From positions 5,914-69,913 of the forward strand of contig CAMDMY010000004.1 in NCBI GenBank assembly GCA_945902775.1: a stretch of DNA of 64,000 bases, given 5' to 3'. Made by a program: the position numbers and the translations under genes. Shown here one piece after another: positions 40,101-51,400 of the stretch. The DNA is from Chryseobacterium gleum. GTDB lineage: Bacteria; Bacteroidota; Bacteroidia; Flavobacteriales_D; Crocinitomicaceae. Numbering within the stretch: position 1 is the stretch's first letter; each line of letters opens with the position of its first letter. Below the pieces are notes generated by a model that saw nothing but the letters and a program-made list of their open reading frames with translations, was not told the DNA's origin and ran no database searches.

Positions 40101-41719
40101 TAGAATCAATAGAGGTTGAAGCGAAAGGGGGTGAAGATGATGTTGCAAATGCAGATTTGGATTTATTAGGACCTAACTTCTTCTCAGGTCATCCAGATCA
40201 AGATTCACTTCAATTTAGGGCTCCTAAAGCGATGTTTAACTTAAAAGAAAAATCCATTTTTTGTTCGAAAGTATATTATTTAGATGTCGCGGATGCTCGT
40301 ATTTATCCTGATAGTTCAAAAGTTATTATTCGTAAAAAAGCGAGAATGGAACCATTTGTTGATGCTAAAATTGTTGCCAATTATATCACACAATATCATA
40401 CTTTCATTCATTGTGGAGCAGAGATTACTGCTAGAAGAATGTATAAAGCCAAAGGTATTTATCCATATTATGACCTTGATAGTTTGAAAACAGATTTTAC
40501 AATGGATCGAATTTATCTCGATTCTACTGGACAAACAGTTGCAGAAGGGAAAATTGGAAAAGACGCAAATTTCTATTTGAGTAAGCAATTTGATTATTAT
40601 GGAGATATTCAAGTAATTGCGTATTTACCAACTATTATTTTTAATGGTTCAACCCGTATGAATCACAACTGTGTAAAATTTCCAAGATCTTGGATTGCTT
40701 TGAGTGCTAATATTGATCCTGCAAATATTCAAATTCCTATTGAAGCAGGAATGAAAAATAGTGAAGGGGATATAGTTACGGCTGGTATTGCTTGGCGAGA
40801 TTCAAGGGCATTGGATAGTTTGAAAATGTATCCGGTTTTCTTATCTCCATTAAAGAGTCAATCAGACCCAGTAGTTATGACAGCCACGGGGTTACTTCAA
40901 TATAATTTAGATGCTAAAGAATTTCAAATTGGTTCTATAGATAAATTATTAAATAGAGGTGAGGTAGGCAGTTACTTATCTTTGCATACAGAAACATGTA
41001 TGTTGAATGGAGATGGTAAAATAAATTTAGGTATGGATTATGGGGATGTTTCTGTAAATTCTGTAGGTATCATAAACTATGATCCCAAAAAAGGAGAGAC
41101 TACGATGAACATTACAGCTAAATTCAATATGCCGATGGATAAAAATTTAATGCAAAATTTATCTGAAAAATTAATTGTAGTAGAAGGGTTAAAACCTTTG
41201 GACTTTAATTCTACAACAATTGAGCAAGCTGCAGTTGAATGGGCAGGCCGAGAAGAAGCAGATAAGATGAAATCAGCATATACAATTAATGGTGAAATGA
41301 AAATACCAAGAGAAATGGAGTCTGCTTTGACTGTCACAGGCATTAAATTAAGTTCTTTTGATGTTAAAAATATGCAGGAAAAAGGTTTGATTTCAACCTC
41401 TGAAATGGCTTCTATTGTAACAATGTATGGGAAGCCAATGTTTAAACAAGTTCCATTTAAAGCCTTCTTTCAACAATCATATTCAGAGAGTGGAGTTGAT
41501 AAATTTGGATTTTATATAAATATTCCAACTTTAGATTATTATTTTGATTACTCTATGGAGAAGAAAGATGGGCTTTTACGTATACTGTCAGGTGATCCTG
41601 ACTTTGTAACATCAGTTAACAATATAAAGGAGGAAAAACGTAAATCAAAAAACTTCAAATATCAAATAGAAACAGGTAGTATATATTTGAGTAAGTTTAT
41701 GAGATATTTTGGAAAATAA
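37103..41719 (+). CDS. Large (1538 aa) secreted or lipid-anchored protein of unknown function
   Basis: Signal peptide with a possible lipobox (IIFSSC). One uninterrupted ORF. No motif I recognise. Confidence 0.8.
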   Translation: MFKVISILVFSIIFSSCFFGQTFSYDKEKFTKEFEKSLNDFGRGEFKDFAKRDLPYLLLETSEFPNDFFQKMVSTCNLMETKRMQPFPEIYNYVFSVYSLIKGKQTSASFNAWQSSVDKMLDAKNVKKFEDFIGFSALYFSRSILCDNANFDWYYLGGQYSFEYTDKPIFKCSKGQLACRVSNTNEKTKKEHPYVDSIVVWNTTGSYDPIAKKWIGIGGTVTWEKVGLARAKTSAELKTYEVSTRVSTFSADSVILTTPYFTKTIKGRIADRAFKVNRDEDRIYPQFTSYERRLPIKQIKPNVDYDGGFSLQGSSFVGIGFPKEPASMIISRNGQTFITATSQEFTVSPTEIHGMNTAIKLMCNGNNDSIIHPGVDFQYVFDRKSVEMTRTKSGNGQSPFFNSYHQLDMYMPKLTWNTESTDLIMAYEIGTSQEQRVARFESKNYFDVKLFDRLQGMEAIHPLVAISNYCFKNDEHILPEGKVATALHKTVEEAKPMLLELANYGFISYDTEAKMITVNPKLDNFVFSKSGKKDFDNLIFNTDLRPKELKGYTEKQIEKDENLQYILKEYVEQNEVRRMMTEFGKMSLSSMELNLKAIDFINISDAQSTVIFPTNKEVILKKDRNFDFVGWINSGKMEINVLASSFNYKEYKFTIQKTYKSLFRVKPLSENDGKKPIAMMSSINGIVGELFIDHPTNRSGQSSKFTDYPQLKVSRPSYVYYNSQAIYRGTYDSSRFYYTVDPFFIDSLDNFEEKSFRVIGELTSAGIFPKFRENLTIMPDYSFGFSTKAPAGGYDFYGAGSKYDNKIILSNNGLQGAGIINYVHSSSDSKGYTFFPDSTIGLAKFTNKPIEVGVQFPDVNCEAANVTYVPKKNLLKATSTPMFDLLFFNSEAKLRGTAFVRQSGLRGTGLMNFKNATMLSDDYEFTRWEMDADTTGFSLKNQYLEGDEEPIALKTDNVQGHVSFKERKGEFKSNNGEARLDFPINQYFCTMDKFTWFMDLESIEVEAKGGEDDVANADLDLLGPNFFSGHPDQDSLQFRAPKAMFNLKEKSIFCSKVYYLDVADARIYPDSSKVIIRKKARMEPFVDAKIVANYITQYHTFIHCGAEITARRMYKAKGIYPYYDLDSLKTDFTMDRIYLDSTGQTVAEGKIGKDANFYLSKQFDYYGDIQVIAYLPTIIFNGSTRMNHNCVKFPRSWIALSANIDPANIQIPIEAGMKNSEGDIVTAGIAWRDSRALDSLKMYPVFLSPLKSQSDPVVMTATGLLQYNLDAKEFQIGSIDKLLNRGEVGSYLSLHTETCMLNGDGKINLGMDYGDVSVNSVGIINYDPKKGETTMNITAKFNMPMDKNLMQNLSEKLIVVEGLKPLDFNSTTIEQAAVEWAGREEADKMKSAYTINGEMKIPREMESALTVTGIKLSSFDVKNMQEKGLISTSEMASIVTMYGKPMFKQVPFKAFFQQSYSESGVDKFGFYINIPTLDYYFDYSMEKKDGLLRILSGDPDFVTSVNNIKEEKRKSKNFKYQIETGSIYLSKFMRYFGK

Positions 41720-41721
41720 GA

Positions 41722-42363
41722 ATGATAAATTATTTAATTTTTGGCATTATAGCCTATTTATTAGGCTCTATTCCTACTGCTGTGTGGATAGGAAAAGCGT
41801 GGAATGGTATTGATGTTAGAGAGCATGGTAGTAAAAATGCTGGAGCAACAAATACATTCAGAGTATTAGGTAAAAAGCCTGGTATTACGGTTTTATTTAT
41901 TGATATTATAAAAGGATTTTTAGCAGTTTCTATGCCTATATTTTTTTTAATGTCAGGTTATTTTTCTTCAAATTCAATCACAAAAGATGAGATTATTTAT
42001 TTTCAAATTATTGCGTCATTTTCAGCGGTTTTAGGTCATGTATTCCCAGTTTTTGCAAGTTTTAAAGGTGGAAAAGGGGTTGCAACATCGTTGGGTGTTA
42101 TAATTGGAATCCATCCTCCGGCTGCATTATTATGTTTATTACTCTTTTTAATCATTTTTGTGGCTTTTCATTATGTTTCATTGGGGGCTATTTGTTCCTC
42201 AATTGCATTTCCTCTTACACTATTTTATGTTTTTGAGGTTAAAAATTCATGGTTAATTATTTTTAGTGTTATATTAGGAATTTTGGTGATTTTATCACAT
42301 CGAAAAAATATAGGTAGACTAATAAAAGGTGAAGAAAGCAAAATGAAGCTTTTTAAAAAATAA
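41722..42363 (+). CDS. plsY: Glycerol-3-phosphate acyltransferase PlsY
   Basis: GSIPTAVWIGK, HGSKNAGATN, FKGGKGVAT. Confidence 0.92.
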   Translation: MINYLIFGIIAYLLGSIPTAVWIGKAWNGIDVREHGSKNAGATNTFRVLGKKPGITVLFIDIIKGFLAVSMPIFFLMSGYFSSNSITKDEIIYFQIIASFSAVLGHVFPVFASFKGGKGVATSLGVIIGIHPPAALLCLLLFLIIFVAFHYVSLGAICSSIAFPLTLFYVFEVKNSWLIIFSVILGILVILSHRKNIGRLIKGEESKMKLFKK

Positions 42364-42403
42364 TTAATTAAAAAACAAATTGAGTTAATATTAAGATTAT
42401 TAG

Positions 42404-45400
42404 ATGAAATTTAAATACATATTCACATTACTTTTTTTTGTAACATTTGGTTTTGTAACATTTGGACAAGAAAATATAGAAGAAACAAAAAAAATTGCAG
42501 ACGATTTATTCGAAGAAGAGAAATATATCGAAGCTACTCCTTATTATTTAAGGTTGTTAGCTATTCAGCCTAGAGATCATAATTTTAATTATCATTATGG
42601 GGCATGTTTGTTACATAATTCAGGTAAAACTCAAGATGTATTTAAATATTTGAACTATGCTGTAACTGATCCAAATGTAGATGCTCAGGCGAATTATTTT
42701 TTAGGAAAAGCATATCATTTAAATTATCAATTTAATGACGCGATAAAATATTATAAAATTTATCAAACGAAAGCAGCTGATAAAGCTAAACCATCTTTTG
42801 ATGTTAAACGTCAAATAGAAATGTGTGAGAATGGTAAAAAATTAATTACCACGATTACCGAAATGATTGTTTTGGATAAAAAAGAAATAGAAAAAGACAA
42901 GTTTTTCCGTATTTATGATTTGAGTGATATTGGGGGAAATTTGTTGGTAACAGCTGAATTTCAAACAAAAATTGATGAGAAAAAAGCCCATGTTCCATTA
43001 ATTCATTTTCCTGCTAATCCAACTGTTATTTATTATTCCAGTTATGGCGAAAATGGTAAAACTGGGAAGGATATTTATGTACAAAGAAGGCTTCCTTCAG
43101 GAGGATGGGGATTGCCTCAAGTCTTGAAAGGAGATGTAAATACGAATTTTGATGAGGATTATCCTTACATGCATCCTGATGGCCAATATTTATATTTTAG
43201 TTCAAAGGGTCATAATTCGATGGGGGGATTTGATGTTTTTAGATCTAAATATGATCCAGATAACGATATGTTTGGAAAGGCAGAAAATATGGATTTTGCA
43301 GTTTCTTCGCCTAATGATGATTTATTTTATGTAGTTGATTCACTTAATAAAAATGCTTATTTCGGTTCAAATAGACAAAGCGAAGAAGGTAAATTATTTG
43401 TGTATAAAGTCCGTGTTGATCGTGTGCCTTTAAATATGTCTGTTATAAAAGGTGAATTTAATTCTACGATTAATCCACAGATGAAAAAGGTTTTTATTGA
43501 TGTGAAAGATTATTCAAATGGTGAATTTATAGGGAATTTTAATTCAAATGAAAAAGGGGTTTATTTGATTACTTTTCCCAAGGGAGGTAAATATGAATTC
43601 ACAATTAAAGTCGGTGAAAATAAACAAGAATTTAAATATCTAGCTTCAATACCTTTCCAAAAGGAATTCAAACCTTTAAAGCAAAAAATTATCCACGAAC
43701 TGCAAGGAGATGCTGAAAATGTGAGAGTTATAGATTTGTTTAATGAAGAAGTTGAAGATCCACAAGGTGTTTTTGCTCAAGTTATTAAAATGAAATCTGA
43801 ACTTAAACCAAATGTATCAGCTGAAGAGTTGGCTCGAATGGATAAAGAGTTAAAAGATAAAGAAATATTAAAAGTTCTTGGTTTAGATAAATTGTCACTA
43901 GTTGAGGTTGGTTATTTATTAAATGAAAAAGTACAAGATGCTAAAAAAGCAGAAGGTGGAACAAAAGATATTGAAAATAAAATCTATGCACAAGTTATCG
44001 AACATACAACCGAAATTAAGCGTTTAGATGGTTTAATTAAAGATAAAATTGAGAAAGCTAATTCGGCGCCTAATGACAAAAGAAAATACAAATATTTAAA
44101 AGAAGCCGAACGTTCTTTAAAAATTCAAGAAGAGCTAAAAGCATTGAATGATAAAAGTATGCATTTAGCAGATTCACTATCAAAAAACTCTACTAAAGGT
44201 TCTTCAGAAGTAACTGCTGAAATAACAAAGTTTTCTGAACATTTTAACGAGTTGATGAAAGAGAATAAGCAAGCAGAAGCTTATGCGTATTTAGCTGATA
44301 ATAAAGATGATATTAAACGTATCGTTGAGACCAAAAATTTAGATCCGCTTCAAGAATTAATAGAACGAGGTTTGTTACTCGATGCACAAATTGCAAAACT
44401 TCAACCAAAAGATGAGCAATATGAGCGTGATTTAAGAAAAATAGATGCTGAAATAGCGGAATTAGAACGTACAAAAGAAGGTGCTAAAAAGAAACAAATA
44501 GAAGAAATTGATGCTGTAATAAAGGCAAAGGCTAATGAGCGATCTATGATTGCAGAAGAAAGAAATTTCAACGGTCAAGGATTAAATGATAAAATTGCTG
44601 AGAGGTCCGATATTCGTAAGCAAGTAGATGTTTTAGAAGCAATTTATGTAGTTCAAACTCCAAAAGTAATTACAAAGGAAGAGTTAGACGCTGCATTACA
44701 ATCATCAAATTCAACAAATTCTTCAGAAGTAAGATCCCAAATTAGTGAACAAATTGCTCAATTAGTTCTTACAAGTCCGGATGTTAAGGTTGTTGATTAT
44801 GAGGATTTGGAGAAAGACTTAGGACCAGTTGTGTCAAATTCAAGAAGTAAATCAGATAGAATTAAAGCAGATGCTACTCTTTCTCCTCAAGAGAAAGCAA
44901 ATAGATTAAAGGCATTAGATAGAGAATTACTGAGTTCAATAAATACTGAGTTAATTAATGCTGAAAAAGCATTGAAATCAAATCCAACTGATCCTGAATT
45001 AGTAAAGAAATTAGAGGCGCTTCAATCTGCTAAAACGTTAGTTTCATCTTCATTAGATTTACCTGAAGGGGATGATGGATCAACTTTAGTTGCAGACGAG
45101 AGTTCAAATGTTAATAATGAGAATCAAGGATCAACGAATACGAATGTTGATTTTAATCAAACGAATACAGATGTTCAGTCGGGCAATGAGAATTCAAATC
45201 AAACAACAGCAGCAGCTTCTAACACCTCTAATTCAGGACCATTAGATTCAAAAGGAAAAGAGAATTTAATTGAAAGTGTAAACTCATCTTACAATGAAAC
45301 ATTAGCAAGTATTAATTCAAATAAAAACTTAACAGAATCTGAAAAATTAGTAAAATTACAGGAAGCTGATAAATCTTTGATTTCAAGTTTAGATAAAGAA

Positions 45401-48400
45401 ATTAGTTCGGTTGAAAATGCTTTAAAATTAAACCCAACAGACCCTTTATTATTAAATAAATTAGATAATTTAAAAACAGTTAGAGTTGAAGTTGAAGCTA
45501 AAATAACTTCGAGAGAAAATCAAATTGCAACTTTGGAAAGTCCTAGCAAATCAACTACTAATTCTTCAACTACAAATGTCATTACTCCATTAGATTCAAA
45601 AGGGAAAGAGAATTTAATTGAAAGTGTAAACTCATCTTATAATGAAACATTAACTTCAATTAATTCAAATGGAAATTTATCTGAAACTGAAAAATTAAGT
45701 CAACTACAGGTGGCTGATAAAACATTGGTTTCAGCATTAAATAAAGAGATAATTGGTGTTGAAGAAGCGTTAAAATCGAATCCAACAGATGCACTTTTAG
45801 TAAATAAATTAGAAAATTTAAAATCAGTTAGAGTTGAAGTTGAAGCAAAAATAGCTACGAGAGAAAATCAACTTACGTCTTTAGCAGTTAAAAACACTTC
45901 CAATCCTATTGATTCAAAACCAACAACAACTAATAATCCAACTTTAGCTGATAAACAGGTGAAATCAAATCAAGTTGAACCGACGAAAGTGTTAGATACA
46001 AAATCAAAAGAATCGTTAATTGAATCGGTTAATTCATCTTACAATGAAAAAGTAGTTGAAATAAATTCAAATACTTCATTGTCATCAACTGAAAAGCTAG
46101 TTCAACTCCAACAGCTTGATAAATCTTTATTGAATTCAATTGATGAAGTTTCTGCTAGTATTTCAACTTCATTAAAGCAAAATCCAGCCAATGTTTCTTT
46201 AGCCAAAAAAGTTGCAGATTTATCTACTGTTAAATCTGAAATTCAAGAGAAAGTTAAAAATAGAGATACACAAATATCTAATGTTACAACTAGTAATGAT
46301 ATACTAGATTCAAAAGGAAAGGAAACAATTATTGAATCAATTAATTCTACTTATAATGAACAAGTTGAAGAACTTCAATCAAATTCTTCGCTTTCAGAGA
46401 ATGAAAAATTAACTCAGCTTCAACAATTAGATGAGAAACTTGTATTATCTATAAATAAGCAAATTACGATAAACGAGAATTCTTTAAAATTAAATACTAC
46501 GGATGAAGTAGCAAAAAAGAAAATTTCTGAATTAAAATCGATTCGTTCAGATTTAGAAATTGAAATGGGAAAGAGAGAATCTAAGCTGACGTCAGATTCT
46601 AAATTAGTTACTTCTAATTCACCTTTAGATTCAAAAGGAAAAGAGAATTTGATCGAATCAGTTAATTCTTCTTATAATGAAAAAGTAAATCAAATTAATG
46701 GGAATCAAAATTTAACTGAAAGTGAAAAGTTAAATCAACTTCAATTAGTAGATAAAGAATTAATTACTTATGTGAACAAAGAATTAGTTAATATTTCGAG
46801 TTCATTAAGACAAAATCCGACAGATGCTAATCTTATTAAAAAAGAAATTGATTTAAAATCTATACGAACGGATTTAGAGACCATTATTTCTTCAAGAGAA
46901 AATGCTTTGTTAGTTTCGAGTCAACCCTTATCTGAAAAAGCTAAAAATGATATAATAGATGGATTAAGTCCGATGCATAATGTTAAAGTTGCAGACATTA
47001 AGTCTAATTCAAAATTAACTGAATTGGAGAAAACTAATCAATTACAAAAAGCGGATAAAGATTTGGTGTCTCTTATAAATAAGGAAATTCTTGCTTTAGA
47101 AAATAATATTAAGAACAATCCAGACCCTCAGTTAATTAGAGATTTGTCAGATCTTAAAAAGGTGAAAAAAGAACTTGAATCACATATTGTTTCAAGAGAA
47201 TCGAATTCAACACCGACTATTAGTGTAGTTGCTTTAACGAGTAAAGAAAAGGAATCTATTATTGAGTCAATCAATCCAAACTACAATGAAAATGTAAATT
47301 CTATAAATTCAAATTCATCGATTTCGACTTCTGAAAAATTGGAAGAACTATCAAAATTAGATAAGGAATTACTAAATGCTGTTAATACAGAATTGAATAA
47401 TATTGAGGCATCTTTAAAAATGGATGTAAAAAATGCTGATTTATTGAAAAAAGAGGCTGAATTGAAAATTCTTAAAAAGGAAATAGAAACTAAATTTAGT
47501 TTATCTAATTCTACTTCAACTTCGCCTGAACTTTCGGTGTCAAAAGAAGAAGTCGCATTAACAGAAAGTGAAAAATCAGACTTAATCGAAAGTGTAAATT
47601 CGACTTATAATGAAAAAGTGAGTGAAGTAAATGCTAATTCATCACTTACTACTAATGAAAAAGCAGCCAAGATTCAAGTGTTAGATAAAGACTTATTTAC
47701 CTCTATATCTAAAGAAATATCAAAAACAGAAGCAGCTTTAAAAAGTGATCCTTCAAACGAGCAACTTATTAAAAAAGAAGCTGATTTAACTGAGTTGAAA
47801 TCTGAAATAGATTCAAAAATTGCACAACAAAATAGTGTTTTAGCAGTCAATAAGCAGCCGTTAGATGAAAAAGTAAAATCAGACATTCTTAAGTCGATAA
47901 ATACAAAATATGATAAAACTGTAACATCAATAAATACGAATACAGATTTATCTGTTTCAGAGAAATTGAATAAGTTACAAGAATTAGATTATTCAATAGT
48001 AGAAGGTTTAAATAAGGATATTAAAATAACGGAAGAAGCTTTAATTAAAAAACCAAATGACAAAGCATTACTAGTTCAATTAGATAACTTGAATGCTGTG
48101 AAATCTGAAATAGAGGCTTCAATTTCATCAAGAGAAAGTGTCATTGCTTCTTCTGGTTCAACGATTGATGTTAAAGTTAAATCAGAATTAATTGAATCTA
48201 TTTCTTCAACTTATAATGAAAAGGCTTCTGAAATTAAAGAAAATGAGTATTTGTTGGATGGTGAGAAAATGATTCAATTACAGGAGTTAGATAAGGGTTT
48301 ATTAACGAAAGTTCAATCAGAAATTAAATCATTGGAAAAATCACTTTCAGAAAATCCTACAAACTCAGTTGATAAAAGAAAATTAGAAGGATTCAAAGCT

Positions 48401-51400
48401 GTTGAATTAGATTTATCTAAATCGATAGCGGTTAGAGAAAAATCAATTTCACCTTCAGATTTAGATCACGCATTGGCTAAAAAAGGAAGTATAATTGAAA
48501 AATTCAGTCCTGAATATAATGAGAAAGTAGAAGAGATTAATAGTCACGCTTTAAATTCTCAAGTTCAAAAATTAGAAGAATTACAGAAGTTAGATGAAGA
48601 ACTTTTGGTTCAAATTAAAGAAGAAGTAAATGCTTCAACAGCTGCAGCTAAAAAGAAATCGAAAGATCAAGATTTGCAAAAAGCAAAAACGGAAATTATT
48701 GAATTACAATCTTTAGCTGAAAATGTGATTTCTGAAAGAACAAAAGAAATAGAGATTTTAAAAGCAAATTCTGTTACATCAAAACAAAAAGAGGAATTAA
48801 TTTCAGGAGTAAAACCTGATTATTCGTCTAAAATTGATAATATAAAAGATGCGAAATACGATCATTCTAAAGAATTGCAAGAATTAATAAAAGAGGAAGA
48901 AAATTTGGTGTCACTTTTAATAAACAATGAATTAAAAGTAAAAGCGGAATTAGCAAAAAATCCTTCCGATGAAGTCTTAAAAATAAAGCTTAATGTAGCA
49001 ATTGCAACTAAATTAGAAAGTCAATCCAAATTAGAAGATTTAGAAAAACAAGCAATTACTCTTGAAGCCCATGATATTGATCAATCTGCTCTAATTGTTA
49101 AAGTTGATCCATCATTTGAAACAGACATTTTTAAAATTGAAACTTCAAATTCAAGTAATAAGTCATCTGAATTAGTAGCAAGAGAAGTTAAATTACAGGA
49201 AAAAATACAAGCTCAAATTACAGAAAATGAGAAAGTATTAACAGAATACTTTAATCTCGAAAAAGCAGCTGAAAATCAAATTTTAGTCCAAAAATTGAAA
49301 GAAAGTAATGATAGAGAAGAATCATATAAAAATGGTAAAACGCCTATTCTAGCAAGTAATTTAGATCCAAAAGCACTCACATTACGTAACGAAATTTTAG
49401 GTAAATCGGCAGATGAAATAAATAAAGAGTACACGGATGTTGATGATTTAAAATCGCAAGAAAATATTGTGTCATCCTATTTAGATGTATTAAAGGTTAA
49501 AAGTGAAAAAAATACGGCTGAATTAGTTGATAATGCTCAAAATCAAGGGTTAAAAAATCAGAAATTAATTTTGGATTCGGAATTAAAAAATACTGAATTG
49601 ATGTTGAAGAAAATTGCTATGAAAATAGATGTTTTAGAAAATTCAACAGAAGATACAGCGTTAAGTAGTCCTGAATTGAAAGTTCTTATCGACAAAGAGA
49701 ATTTATTGAAAGAACAATTAGTAAATCCTTTATTGACTAAAAAAGAGAAATCAGTATTAGAAAAAGAATTGAAAAAGGTTCAAACTGATAAAAGTGTAGA
49801 ATCAAATAAATTAATAAGTGAAAACTTAACTGTTAGAAAAACGGATAATGAGGCTAAAACTGTTCAATTACAAAAATTAGCAGCGAATTCAGAAATTTCA
49901 AAGGTGAACTCAGATTTAGCAGATTCTCAAAATCAGAGATTGTCAAAAGAAGCAGATGCTTTAATTGCCAAATCAGATAAAACGAAAAACCCAATTGCAA
50001 AAAATGAACTTTTAACTCAAGCAATTGAAAAACAAACCCAAGCAGATGAAATTGTTATTGCAGCATTAGAAGAAAATATAACGAAAGCAGCAATTCTAAA
50101 TAAAGTGACAACCTTAGATTCTGAAGAGGAATTAGAAGAGAAAAAACGAAATTACGCTTTTGAAATTGAAGAAATTGATAAACAAGTAGGGGAGATTGAA
50201 ACTCAAATAGCTGGGTTAAAACCTAAAAAAGCGTTAGCATTGGTTGAGAAAAAAGGTGCGTTGGTTACTGAAAAGTCATTAGTTGAAAAACAATTAGAAG
50301 AAATTGAACGACAATTAACTGAAATTGCTGAAGCTCCAAAATCAGCAAAAACAGTAAGCGAGAAAGCACTAGAGCAACCAGTTAGTTTTAGTGAAGAAAA
50401 ACAATTAATTGCTTCTAAAGATTATTTGGAATACTCAATAAATGCAAACAAAGCTCTTAGAATTGAAAAACAAATCGCTGAAACAGAAATAGTATTAACT
50501 CAAAAACGTCAGACAGCTAAAGAAACAATAAGTATGTCTTTGGATAAAACTTCAAATGTTTCAGAAGCATATGTAGCCCAAAGTATAGATAATGTCAAAA
50601 TTGTTGAAGAAGAACTGAAAAAAATGACGGCTGAACTCGAAGAGAAACAAAAAATATCGAATGATGTTTTAGTTAAAAATTCAGCAACAGCTCTTCAGAT
50701 GCAGAATTTGGTTAAAAGAGGAGTTGAGCCAGAATTCAACGAGAATTTAGCCTTAATTGAGCAACAAAGAACTCCAGCTGTTGGTTTAAAAGTAGTAGAT
50801 GAATCCACACCAATTAATACATATTCTGAATCAAATCCAATACCTGTTAATGTAAAAAATCCTTCAGGTTTACTATACAGAATTCAGGTTGGAGCTTTTT
50901 CTAAACCAATTCCACAAGATATGTATAAATCATTTAATCCAGTTTCTGGTGAGAAGTTGGCAAGTGGTGTAACTAGATATATGGCAGGTTATTTCAATAA
51001 TAGTAAAACAGTAGATGAAGCATTTTCGCAAGTGAAATCCTTAGGTTATTTAGATGCCTTTATTGTAGCTTATTGTGACGATGAAAGAATCCCATTAGCT
51101 GATGCTAGAAAATTAGAATTATCAGGTCAATGTATTTCAACTGATAGTAGAGAATTTGTTATAGCAATGGCAAAAACACCGGTATCTAAAGAAGCAAATA
51201 CAAATGATTTATCCTATAATGATGCTCCAGGTGCTGTAAAAGCAATCCCTGCTGAGGCCCATTTAGGTTTGTTTTATACTGTTCAAGTAGGTGTTTATAA
51301 CAAACCAGCAACTCCTCATCAATTAAAAAACATCGATCCTATTGTTTCGAAACGTTTACCAAATGGACAAATTCGTTACTCATCAGGTATGTTTAGTTCA

